Positions 1 through 12,990 of a DNA stretch of 64,000 nt are shown piece by piece (within the stretch, counting starts at the first letter, position 1; each line of letters starts with the position of its first letter). The notes beneath the pieces were generated by a model. That model did not search any database. It was not told the origin of the DNA and worked only from the letters and a program-made list of their open reading frames with translations. The DNA lies in NCBI GenBank assembly GCA_030141605.1, contig JAQGDQ010000026.1:744001-808000 (forward strand), in the 5' to 3' direction. A program made the translations under genes and the position numbers. Source of the stretch: Tubiluchus corallicola. Lineage: Eukaryota > Animalia > Priapulida.

Positions 1-3000
1 GGAGGTGGACGTTTCTTTAAGAGCGCACTCTTTTGTGATCATATGTAAACAAAATATGTGATTATATAGGTTTATAGAGGCAAAAATCAGTCGTATCACC
101 CGTTGGCTTTTTTGTTCATGTTCATAAAAAGCTTGGTTATGAGTTTGCGTATTCTGTCATGATAGTTATAGTTAGGTGTCTGAGAATATGAGTCTTTGCT
201 TCTTTGTATATGTTTCAGACCGTTTTGTTTTTACTTGGTTAACTTTTGTGACGATGATACCGTTTTTTCGCACATTTACTATCACTGAGACTATACATTT
301 CCACTTGGCGATACAATCTGTTAAGTAGTACCTGGATTACTAACAAACCAAACTAATCCAGGACCGGCGCGTGTTAATATTTCGACCTAGAAAACACACG
401 TTACGACGGAAACAGCGCTCTCTTCTGAACTCATTCCGCTGTTGCGTATCTCGAAAGGGATCAATATCAACTCCAAGACAGATTAGAGGAAGACTGTGTA
501 ATCTACACCAACTGGTTGCACACATCTCTATCTCATTTACCAACATACTTTCACTTTCGGTCAGACAAAGTCAGGGTTGCTCGGGTTTTACTGCAGTCTG
601 GCCCGTGCTCGCACCCGAAAATAAGTGTGCTAAATTTGTTTAGAAATTCTGAATTTTTTCTTGGGCTGCTTTCATCAGTCGAACATAATGTTTTGTTTTG
701 AAACGTTGCCCGTCATGCAATTGGCATTACATGTATGTGTATGTATATATCTGTGCATGTATACAGCATTCAAATCAATAATATGCGAGTTTCGTTAACA
801 ACTTACAGTATAAATTCGGGGAGCTTGTACAAGTTACCAAACATGCACCCAAAATTTCAAACACCTATAAAGCAGGCGTATTGACTTTATAATAAGAATA
901 ATATCAAGTACTCAGGGCAGTTTAATGAAGCCTTCCTTGTCAACAATTCACAGCGCCAATTCACTAGAGCTAGAAAGTGACACCTGCGTTTTGTGTAAAC
1001 ATACAAGAAATGTCAACACATAAATAGGATACGTAAGCCAAAACATTGAAGGGCTTGGCAGTCATGCATGAGGAAAAACGGCGCGGCTCGTTTGCCACAA
1101 ACAAAGGCAAAATAATTTATTTCTGCTGCAGTCCTCTAGAAGTCCTTGCTGACAACCCTTGTTGCACGTACACCACGATTATACATGTTCCAAAATCCGT
1201 GTCAACTGTAAGTTACCCAATGACAACAGATCTTTTTAATAAGGCCTTTTAAGTGTAAAATGTCGCAGCTAAAGTAGCAATATAACAAATGAACAAACTT
1301 TTTCCTAATTGAATAAGGTTTTTCAAGTACTTGTACTTTGTTACGAAGACCGTTGAAAGCCTGAGTGGCTGAGAGAAAATTGAGGGTTGCTCATTTATAT
1401 ACAGACTATCATAACCTGAAAAAAAACTTTGTCAATTTACATACGCTATTACAGCTTGCTTGTTTTACCAAGAAATCAAATCAAGTAATCGGAAACGCCA
1501 AGTGGCCTCGTCTACCGCAAACGCGGTTTCGTAATTATGAAAGCAGGTAAGCTGGGTATGGCCGTTTCCATTACACGATGAATGTGAATGTACCTCAAGA
1601 TTTGTTGGAATATTTTTTCAGCGGAATCAAGGAACAGCACACAACCTCACACAGATTCACAGATGGCAACCAAACAGCATAAATCATAACAACGGTGAAC
1701 GTAAACATGGCGAAAATATTTAGAACAACAAACGGTGTGCCATTTAATACAGAAATGACTCGCCGAGCATACGTGTGAGAATTATTGAGGACAAACACAA
1801 ACGGGATCACGCCCAAAGACCCCACGCACTCACATATGGTAGTTATAAGCATCGTCTTCTGATATTTTTGCAGAATATTCCCGAAATTCGAACTGAAAGT
1901 CTGGCTTACCAACGCAGATTAAATATGTAAATTCAATAAAAAGGTAAATCATTCTTGTATACGTGCGCACAGGTGAGTGATAAAAGATACAGGTGACACA
2001 GACTCACAAAGTGACATTAACTACGAGAGTTGCTTGAATACAATTTAAATGTTTTTTATTATATCTATTTGAGTGCATCCAGGGGTAAGCTTAACTGATT
2101 GGTCGGCAAAACGGACAGATTTCAAAAATGCTATTCGAACCCAATTTAATGATTTTAGAAAAATAATTATAATCGCACGCATTAAAATCGTACATAATAA
2201 CAAATAGAAGAAATTAGCACAAAGTAAACAAACTCAGTGGCACTGCTTAGTCTTGTTAAATAACCATACATACGTGTGCTTGTCGCTTTGTAATAAAAAT
2301 GTCGGCAATAGGGAATTAAAAACCCTATTTCAAACAATTCGTGGGCGTGGGTGAACGGTGGCATTCGGCGTTGAATAGAAATAAAGGATTTTAGGTAGAT
2401 ACTTTTAATGAGATGAAATTTAGCAGCAGGTTTTTACCATGCCTTCTACACTAGGAACGCAAGAAGTTCGTCTACACAAAACTTAAAGAATCTGTAAGCA
2501 AAAAGCAAATAGAATTGGACATAGCCTGGCGTGACATAAAAAAAATTTTGGCGTGACATAATTCTATTATCAGAGAAAGAATTAAATCTATTTGACGGCA
2601 GATGTTAGACGTCTTGCAGGATATGGCAGAATGATTTCAAGACTATGTGATTTCAAGTCACTATAAACTCGAGCTATAATAATGTGTTTGTAAGGTATCA
2701 CAAGCACAGATTTAATTAGCTAGTAACCTACAAGATACTGTGTCACGTGTAATCACTAGCAAAGCATATTGCATCTTTATCGCGTAGTCATCGTAGGCTT
2801 ATGTGTTGTTGATGATGATCCGATAAATAAATCCTGCATGGCAGCTAAATTTATGTGTAGGGCGAAGGAATGAGTTACGACTGAGTGAGAAAATATATGA
2901 AAAGATTATTTTTGTTACTCTAGGGGTGCTTTATTAGCATGCTAAGCATAAGAGGTTTAACTCTTGTAAATAATACGACAAAAAACGTCAGCTATGCATA

Positions 3001-4331
3001 ACATCAACTAAGAAGAACATGAGTTGAACACACTAGGTGGTCAGGTTCTCATAACATCAACCGAGGTCAACATTTCGGCTAGCCTAAAACGCGTCAGTTA
3101 TGGGAGGATCCACATATTATGCTAGCATAAACTAAACAAAGGAAATAAAATAAATAATCATAGTAATCGGCAAGTTGGTCGTCATATGGCAGTGGCACCT
3201 TTCAACTAACACGTGTAAATGCAGAATCACTTAACGCGTATTATATATATAAATGCTTACAAAATGTTATTTCCTGAATTTATGAAAACGCAATAGTTAT
3301 TAGGAAGCCTCCTTGTGTTGCCGAAGCCATATAGTGATATAGCTAAAACGTAGGCCTCCATTTTATGGCTATTCAAAGATGATCACTAAATGCAGGACAG
3401 ATAATAGTTGCAAGTAATTTAGAGTGGAGGTGCAAAATTAATTTAGGTCCCCTGTACTCACTGGTCGAAAACGGGTTTCTAGGCAAATATTAATTCGCAA
3501 ATGATTTTATACCACTGATTACATTGTAATCTAGACGTCCCCATTGTTTTATATTTGTAATTTGCATGCTTTAAGCAAACACGTGTACGCCTTATACTAA
3601 TTTGCATGAGATCCAATTTCTTTGGAAATTAATCACCGTTTGAAACTTTTCAATCTTAGGTTTCACACCAATTATTTCACACCGGTTATGGTGTAAGTAG
3701 CACAGTGAATGTAAGAAAACATGTAATCACAACAAGTTTTATAACTGTTGATGTTTAGAATAGCGGAATATATCAAGCGCTTATCATGGTAGCATCAGCT
3801 TCATCAGCTGTTCCCACTTGAACCACATAAATCCACAAATAAAGACCACAGGAAACCAAACATGATCATTATCGATGTGTAAACTGTCCATCATGTAAGA
3901 ATGATGACCTGTCAAGTAAACACCGGGTCACTTGTTATGTCCTCGTATATAGGCAGTTTTATACTCCTGCACATAAAACAAAAATTGCAATGTAAATGAG
4001 CTAAACACATTAAACAGTTACCGCGTTATTAAAGATCATCAAAAGCGCCAGACGTCGTGAGATTATATGCTATTCAGATGTTCATTACTTACGAATTGCT
4101 GAAAACCTCAAAAAAGTTAACAACGGCAATAGTTACCTGCAAATTAGTCATCTACAATTAACCGAGAAAAATTAAAACAAGAGCTCCACAGAGATCATAG
4201 TTAACCTAAAGAATATGTTACTAAACCACAAACTAGCAAACAGTTCTTGAACGTTCGGCAAAAAAACTGTTTGTCAGCTTTAACATGTGCATTTCCAAAG
4301 TGAGAAGTTAAATTGCGTAATAATAATTACG

Positions 4332-4954
4332 CAATAATATTGTATAAGAACAGCTTTGGAGTAGAACCATATGTTTATATTAATATGCAAGGAAAATACA
4401 GGTCTGTGCTTGCAAAGCTAAGAAGTGGTACTCTTCCCCTGGAACTGGAGCATGGTAGGTTTAGAAATGTTAAGGTTGGTGAACGTTTGTGTAAGATATG
4501 TTGCTGTGGAGATGTAGAAGATGAATCTCACTTTATGTTTGTTTGTACACATTATAGACTAGAGAGAGAAGAATTTTTCCAAGATATTAACATGGACCCG
4601 GAACAATTAGATAATGTAAATAAATGGAAATATATTATGTCAGAAGAGAATGTCCTTTGGACTGCAAAATATGCTTATAAGATTTTTAGAATGAGGCAAA
4701 GCAAGATATATATTTAATACATGACTTGTCCATTCAGGTATATGTTAAAATTCCATATTATATATTTTCTTTTATTTGATATTCTATGTAAATGAACTGC
4801 ACAGTTATTATGTGATAAATTTTCATGAAATTGACTTGTAAGCCCAAGTGGGCTGGAAACAGCTTTAATAACATTTTACAGTATTAATTAACACATGAAT
4901 TATTACATTGTTATTATCATATGTTTATGTCAATAAAGATATTCAATCAATCAA
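4332..4954 (+). mobile_element. 5'-truncated non-LTR retrotransposon (RTE-X-like): ORF2 C-terminal zinc-knuckle region + 3' UTR + tail
   Basis: Open frame RSVLAKLRSGTLPLELEHGRF...ERLCKIC...VEDESHFMFVCTHY (CCHC motif typical of LINE ORF2 C-termini), stop at 4717, then AATAAA and a (TCAA)3 tail. Possible target-site duplication AATAATTACG (4322-4331) / AATAATCACG (4955-4964). Clade assignment is tentative. Confidence 0.8.
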
Positions 4955-7698
4955 AATAATCACGTTGCTACAGATTTTCATCAAAGATCAATTTTCACAA
5001 AATTTTGAAAGAACAGTATGAGGCTAAACACTATACTTTATTGTGATAACATTTTTGGGTGTATATGATACAGTAAATATATTACATACATGTGTTGATA
5101 TGGGATGTACCTGGTATAAAGCCATATTTTACTATCTTTTATATAGAAAGCAACTGTTGAAATAATAATAAAAAAATAATTAACAAAAGCAAGCTAAATT
5201 CTAATAATAAAATCTCCAAGTGTATTACATTAAATCTCAATATGAAATTTGCATTTGGTCATATCTCAAACAAAACAATGATTGTGAAATGGTGAAACAA
5301 TGAAATTTACTTATATTATACAGTAAAAATAATAATTAAAAAGTTATATACATCAAAATTGGAAATAATTGTACGACCAGGTTTAAATTTTTGTTAGATG
5401 ACCACAGGGATTTCAGTGACGATGAAAACATGAGGCGGCGTGAGGAATTTTTCGTCATGACTCAAACTGTAGACAACAAAATGTTTTTACATGTAACTGT
5501 AATTTATTGCTTATTTGCAAATAAACGTAACTATAAAATTTAAGCATCACTGAACCAAGTAAAGGCAAATGCACACTTTATGCGACAGTGTTCTATAAGT
5601 CAACGTCAATGAAGTAAACGAAAGGGATATACGTGCATACCAGCACGCATTCTGAGCTAGCAATGATGGATAAATCATAAATCATAAAGCATAAATCACG
5701 TGTAACGTCGCCGCAAAATCCACATGCCATAAGCGGTCATTTACCAAGTGAGATCATTATCTATCTAAAAAACGAATTCACAAAGAACGGCAACATTAGT
5801 AACTAAATATATTGTAAGGATGGAATTAGAAGTATAAACAGAACAATTCGACCTCTGTTTCATCATTCCTGATCAAAATATGAACGTGTGCGCATAATTA
5901 CTGTTTAAAATTACACTTTGCGACTGAGCTGTTTTTCGTATACGTCATCGTTTTTAAGAAATTTTATATAGATATGCACTGCAGCAATATCCAGGGTGAA
6001 ATGTACAGCAATAATTGCAGCTGCATTAGCAAAAAAAGCAGAACCAATAGCACATGAATTTAAAACAATCTGTCTAAGCAATATTATTAACACGTGTGAA
6101 TATGTACGAATGACGCCAAACAAGATCCTTGAAGGTCTTAAATTTCAATCTGTTCACTCTAAGTTGGTTTCCTGAGGAAGGTATATGAGTACACGAAGGT
6201 ATGGTGCTGCGAATACATCTAATGGAAAACAGCTTGGTACTGTATATTGAATTATGCCAAAGTATGCCACAGTGTGGAATATTGCAAGTGCTACGTTATA
6301 AAGTAAAGTTCGGCAATGAACAGGCTGTCAAAAACTAATAAGCTTGGACACGTTACTAAAAAGAATATTACAGAGTTTGTAAAACATATGAATAAATTAT
6401 GAATTCGTCATCGTTACTAATGCTAACTGTATTTAAAAAGTAGGCAAAAAAGTTGATATATCACGTAACAAATAGACAGACTGTTACACTGTTAAATGTT
6501 AACATTTTCTTAGATTATACAAAGGTATTATAAAAATGTACTGTATAGTTGGTAATTAGTAAGTTGCCAAAACTTAAAATAGCTTGTGACAATTACAATT
6601 CAACGTTTATGGTTTATTTAGTATTTTTATGTCAAATATTGAACCAATCTGTTAAATGGAATAGGTGGGATGTTTCAGATGGATACTGTTATGCGTTATT
6701 TACGCAAATAACACAGTTATGACACTATTCATCCATTCATATGGTCACTCTGAGCCTCCTCTAGAGGGAAATTTTCACACAGTCTGGCAGCTCAGAACTT
6801 TTCATCAACTGAACACGATACCAATATCTGACTGTACTATCACTCATAGAAGTACTTAAGGTGTGCAAAAACTGGGCATCTACTTCATACCTTCTTCTGT
6901 ATTTGGATCCTGTCACTATCTAAAGTGGCTCAAAAACGAGCTGGATTAAATATTGTGATACCATTTAAAATTGACTTCATATTGTGTCTAATACCTTCAG
7001 ATCAACAGGTATTTGAATGACAGATACGTCAGATACAAAGCAACACTCCCAGCACATAGGACATGCACATTATCTGTACAGTAACTGCCAGAAGACTTTC
7101 ACTGTGTGGTATGCTTGCGTGTGAACTCCTATTGTGGTTGCTGAAGTCAGACGATAAAAAGACATTGCTGTTCTCCAAATCTAGTTCATTAAATGGACAA
7201 CAGTAATAATAATAATGGTCATGACAACGATCAGGTCATGGAGAGTGCAAAATTGATGGCTTCTGACAGACTAAGCAGAGAGCTACGTGTCCTTGTATCA
7301 GGTACTGCATGCTGGATAGGATGTGACTATTTATTTGAAGTTAATTTCTGGTCCTTTCTACATTTGACTACTGGCAGTCCCTAATTGTCCAAAACAAGGG
7401 TCTTTCAGCAAAGACTAAACAGAGATTACAAGTATGTCTGGCATAAGGTATGCCATAATTGTGTAGAATGTGACTATTCATTTGAAGTTACATATGTATA
7501 TGGCTTGAACTGAACCACAAAAACTGCCCAACGGTCCAAAAATAAGGATCTTTTGGCAAGAACAATCAGAGGGGTGCTTGCCTGACATCAGGAGAACTCT
7601 GGTGTGTAGAATATGAGTATTCATTTAAAATAGCTTTTTTCTAAACCACAAAAATTGTCCGTTGGGCCAAAATAAGAATCTTCTGGCAAGGACAATTA

Positions 7699-8216
7699 GA
7701 GGACAACAAGTCTAACATCAGAATACCCTGATGTGCAGGACATTGCTATCCATTTGAAGTTTAGAGGACTACATGTCTGACATCAGAATACCCTGATGTG
7801 CAGGACATTGCTATTCATTTGAAGTTTAGAGGACAACATGTCTGACATCAGAATACCCTGATGTGCAGGACATTGCTATTCGTTTGAAGTTTAGAGGACA
7901 ACATGTCTGACATCAGAATACCCTGATGTGCAGGACATTGCTATTCATTTGAAGTTTAGAGGACAACATGTCTGACATCAGAATACCCTGATGTGCAGGA
8001 CATTGCTATTCATTTGAAGTTTAGAGGACTACATGTCTGACATCAGAATACCCTGATGTGCAGGACATTGCTATTCATTTGAAGTTTAGAGGACTACATG
8101 TCTGACATCAGAATACCCTGATGTGCAGGACATTGCTATTCATTTGAAGTTTAGAGGACTACATGTCTGACATCAGAATACCCTGATGTGCAGGACATTG
8201 CTATTCATTTGAAGTT
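7699..8216. repeat. Minisatellite: 8 near-identical copies of a 65-bp unit, embedded in a diverged ~130-147-bp tandem array (~7270-8430)
   Basis: Unit GAGGAC(A/T)ACATGTCTGACATCAGAATACCCTGATGTGCAGGACATTGCTATTCATTTGAAGTTTA starts at 7699, 7764, 7829, 7894, 7959, 8024, 8089 and 8154. Confidence 0.97.
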
Positions 8217-9644
8217 GTTTTTTCTGGTCCTTTCTATTTTTGACCTGGACCACGAGAAGCGTCTGGTGGTCCGAAATACGGGCCTTCCAACAAAAGCTAG
8301 GCAGAGGGTTACATGTCTGACATCAGACACCACCATGCTGTGTAGACTATTAATTTGAAGTTGTTCTTTACTGGCACCTACTATCTTTGGCCTGAACTAA
8401 ACCATAGGCAACAATAAAGGTCTTCTTCCAGGTGTTAAGCAAAAGGCCGTATGTGGAATATTATCATACATTTGAACTTCATCATCATCGTTATTGTTTT
8501 CGTCAACGTCAATGGCATCGTCATCATCACATGCCCATTAGGTCTACTGCAAACACTGGTCAGGCAGAATTCTGAAATAAAAGAAATCTGCCCTCAAGTT
8601 GGGAAACACAACCTAAATTTCATTGTTCTTTCCTGGTACCATCAATCTTTGGTTTGGGTTAAATATCTGGAGATTAAATGAGGCCTATGAAAGGGTGTCT
8701 AGCACGAGATCGCTTGTTGCGGATGGCCCATTTACTACTCTATGAGACGTCAATATTCAGCTAAATCGTTTTCAACTGGTACCTTAGTAATTCTCGACTT
8801 TAGGGGAAGTACATCTCATCGTGTTTTTCTCTTGTTGTAATGCTTTAGGGTGTTAGATAATTTCAGTGTTTTAATTTATCAAAAACAACAATTAGATTTC
8901 TCCCTATTTTCTAACAGCTTGACAAAAACTTTTCTTGCATATATGCGCAAACTATAATTTCTTAACTGATCTTTTTTCATTCGATAATTATGATGTTCGT
9001 TTTTCAGTTTTTTCTATCTGGTGAGCTAATGAAGCTTTGTTGTCTAATTATCTAATAACTTATAACTACACTGTGTACGCAGTGATTCACCCGTAATTTC
9101 GCAAAGCAGTCTGCAAGATTATACGGAAATTCGTTAAAACTCGATATTATTGTACACAGCAACCTGACACTATCAATTCCAGACTACCCTTGAAAGGGTG
9201 AATATAATGAAGTATTTATCCACTTTAATGAACATCTTGCCACCATGTAACTTGAGGCCCTTACTCTTGCAGGTTCCTAACCTTATAGTGAATTCGACGT
9301 ACTGCTTCGAATATGAATAAACAAATTCTACGTGCACACGTGCTTACCAATTCGGCTTAAACGTGTTAACCTTAGCGCAATAATATGCTGGCAGGTTTGA
9401 ACTTGGTCCAGCCGTGTTGTGTAATTAGTATAAATAATTAGTAACTATAATTATACCGTGTGATGAGTACCGTGGTATGAGATATATCTGTACATTAACA
9501 AGAAGTCAAAAATAGTACAAACTTTTGAAATTTTTAACGGCAAATAACGGAAAAAAAATTTCAAGAGCGGGAAAGTTGAAAGGTTGTCCCTTAATGCAGA
9601 AATGAAGAATTTTAGAAAAACTTCTACAATGATATATATTTATT

Positions 9645-9647
<3 letters not shown>

Positions 9648-9729
<82 letters not shown>

Positions 9730-9743
9730 TCTCTCTCTCTCTC

Positions 9744-9789
<46 letters not shown>

Positions 9790-9806
9790 TCTCTCTCTCT
9801 CTCTCT
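9648..9806. repeat. (CT)n microsatellite with interruptions
   Basis: Directly visible in the sequence. Confidence 0.98.
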
Positions 9807-12715
9807 ATCCCTCCTACATACATACATGCTTAATATAAATTTATGCATAAATGACCTGACAAAGCTTCAAAACAAACAAAATGTATGGTGTATCAACCAG
9901 TACAATGACCATGCTTTGACAGTCACTTCTTGGAAAATACAGGCAAAGAGAGCAAACATAAATGTTGATTTAGGCTGGAATGAGTTTACATTGATACTCG
10001 AAATTGATATTAGCTATACATGATTCACTATATGAGGCATCTGAAAACCAGGCATACTTGAGTATGGAATGGCTGTGATGACTCTAGATATAAATAAATA
10101 GCTAAATGTCACTTCAACAATATGACGTCACATCTAATCTTGCAGGTGTACACATACTATCATTGCAATAATTCAAAGAACCAGGTTTTTTACAACGAAA
10201 TTAGCCTCTTTGCACATTTTCAGAAAATCAAGCTTGTTAGTAGAGAACATAGACTGTTTAGAAAATTTGGTGAATTGAATGTAAGTTGAACTTTTCTTCA
10301 TGAATGTAGGTCCAGATGCACTAATAAAAGATGGCGTACGTAGAACAGATTAACTGCTTTTTTAACAAGCTTGGCATTTGAATGACAGATAACTGTATCC
10401 GTGACCTTTCTATGCAAAGATTATATTTTTTTCAAAATTTCTGTCATTTTTGCCACAGGAATTTCCAGACCGCTCCAAAACTTGTCAAAGAAATATTCAA
10501 CACAAAAATCAACAGCAATCTGCGTAACATTATGGACAATAAACAATAAAAACTGAAGTGCAACAGATATTGGGCCTACACAGGGCATATACTCAATTGT
10601 GTTTTTGTAGCACCCAATAATTACATGTTCTGCCATGTATTGCAGTCACCTAAAACCCACACCTTGCCCTGAAGGTAACAAGATAAAATGTGGTTGGCAT
10701 TAGGAAAGTAATGTGTAGAAAAGAAAAAGTACGACACACTATTGGTCATGACAATAATTTAAATTTAACTAGATTGTGACAGTATTATTCATTGGACACT
10801 CCAACATGGGAAGTACTGCATGGCAGAGTGACAGATCGTGAAATAGGCATTGCTTGTTGTATATGAAGCCAAAGCTTTTCAAATAATTTTTTTTATTTTC
10901 AATTTTGCCTTTTATTTCAATTACAAAATAACTAATTTACTGTAAAAAATTAATACTTCACACGTACATATTTTTTCGTTTAATTTCTTGCATGAATATG
11001 TGCTACACATTTTTTTACTAAAGACGTTTATGGCAATCATATCAAAATTGTTTCATAACTCAGCAAAACTCTATTGTATAAAACGAAAGATGTGCGGTTT
11101 CTTGTGTAATAACGTACTTGTGAACCCACCCTGGATACCAATAATTATACACTGTACCAGCATTAACTGAATTCCTTATGTATTAGTGCGGGAACCAACA
11201 TTTATAACAAACGTCAGAGGCATAAATTTGTCATAGGTGTGGCACTAAATTTTGACTTGCAAGTTTATATTCTTCCAGCCAGCATAAACGCCCATTCAAA
11301 AGTTTCCGGCGATGTGTTAGTCTGTCAAAAGCTGCACAATAACCATCCAAGCCAGGCTGCGCGCTTTTCCGAGATTCAGGGGTCTTGCTAGTTTATACGT
11401 TTTTTTGTCCAATAATTGTACGGCGTATAAGGTATAACAGCAATGATGTATCCAGATGAATTTAATTTTGTTCTCGCGTTGAAAAGCACGCCAACTTGAA
11501 TATTATATGTAATGGTTAAAGTAAACATCTTTCCAGACAGCTGCACAACGTTAATTCATCTGACATGCATCAACTACACAGAAACATGACGAGAGAGTAT
11601 ATGAAATCTAACACAATCGATGGTTGTTACAGGGGAAATCGCAGACGTCAAGTCGTAAATAAGTTATGCATAAATCCTAATCGACCTAGATTTTAGAATA
11701 TTGATTGAACGACAAATCACATGCAGAATTGAGCAGTGAACACAGTGAACAAAATGCTAAAAATATTAAGCCTGAAACGGAAAGTACCGCGCAAATCAAC
11801 AAAACTACCAAATCTACCCAAAACAGCTACTAAATAGGACTAAAGAAGCGGCGAAACATTATCCAAAATTGATTTAGCTTCAATCCCGTAAAATTCGTGT
11901 GAAGGCGAATTCAATTTAGATTGAGTGCATTATCAGAATAGATACTACGTGTATGCAAAACTAGGTGCGACTTGCGTTTAGATGAGTATTTAAAAAAACG
12001 AACTTAAACTGGGCCTAGTCCGCCAGTAAATCCTGTTTCAAATGAACATTTAAAAGAGAATTGATTTACAATTTAATTCGGTTTTACATCTACACTGGAT
12101 CAGATTAAAGATTTGCACATTCCAAGGTACAATGAATTCAACCAAGGCTGAGCCCGTTCACACTACTGCATCTACACTGAAGGTGGCTTCAGTTTACATT
12201 GGTTCTCGATCACGATATGCATTCAATTTATCATATTCAGTCTGGGCAAAACAATTTGTACGATTCTCGAGGAAAAAACTGAATACTGCTAGTATCAAAT
12301 ATAAGCAAACCAAAACTTTCGGAAAGAAACGAATGACAAAGCTGCATGTCTTAGCTTCTACAAAATACAGACTACACATGCTCACAAAACAAATTCATAA
12401 TTCATCTATCATCGGCAGTTAAATTTTCCAGAAAAGAACATGGAAATGGTTTAGGAGAGAAAAGTTTTTCTGACTGACATATTTACAAATGCCTGAACAT
12501 ACTCAAAGTTAGCGGTTTTCAAACAGCTATAGACTGTATATCATGGCAGAAGCTGGAAACATTGCGCATAGTATTACTTGCTTTGGAAAACTGACACCAT
12601 AACATTGCTGTCTAACGCCACAACATGTAAATCTCACGGGTTAATAGGATTTGGGCTCGTGAAGTGAAAGTTATATAGCGGCGAAGACGGCCTCCTGCAG
12701 CCTGCAGTTTTCAAG

Positions 12716-12990
12716 CTGACTGATCGATTAATTGATTGACTAATTGACTGATTGATTGACTAACTGACTGACCGATTGACTGACTAACTAACTGACTGAC
12801 TGACTTGCTGGCTGGCTGGCTGACTAGCTGGCTGACTGACTGGCTGACTGACTGACTGGCTGGCACCGACCGACCGATAGATTGATTGATTGACTTATCG
12901 ATTGATTTGCGAGATTCACTGACTAACTAGATAACTTATCACTGGATAAATGACTGATTAACGTAACAAATGACTGACAAACTCACTGAT
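12716..12990. repeat. Compound degenerate tetranucleotide repeat (CTGA/GATT/GGCT/CCGA)n
   Basis: Directly visible 4-bp periodicity with a drifting unit. Confidence 0.9.

Noticed and set aside
340-2400. Nested gene in the CRIM1 intron (ORFs 371-643 and 1595-1912; plus-strand donors at ~1546 and ~1973)
   Set aside because: The ORFs have no recognisable domains and no consistent exon chain. A non-coding transcript cannot be excluded but is unsupported.
7699-8216. CRISPR array or hammerhead-ribozyme array
   Set aside because: Units are contiguous with no unique spacers and no cas genes, in a eukaryotic context. The core reads CTGATGT, not CTGANGA, and there is no suitably placed GAAA. The 65-bp unit is not a multiple of 3, so it is not a coding repeat.
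9506-10023. ER/SL-repeat ORFs (also at 23371-23806 and 59626-59996)
   Set aside because: Translations of (CT)n/(AG)n microsatellites.
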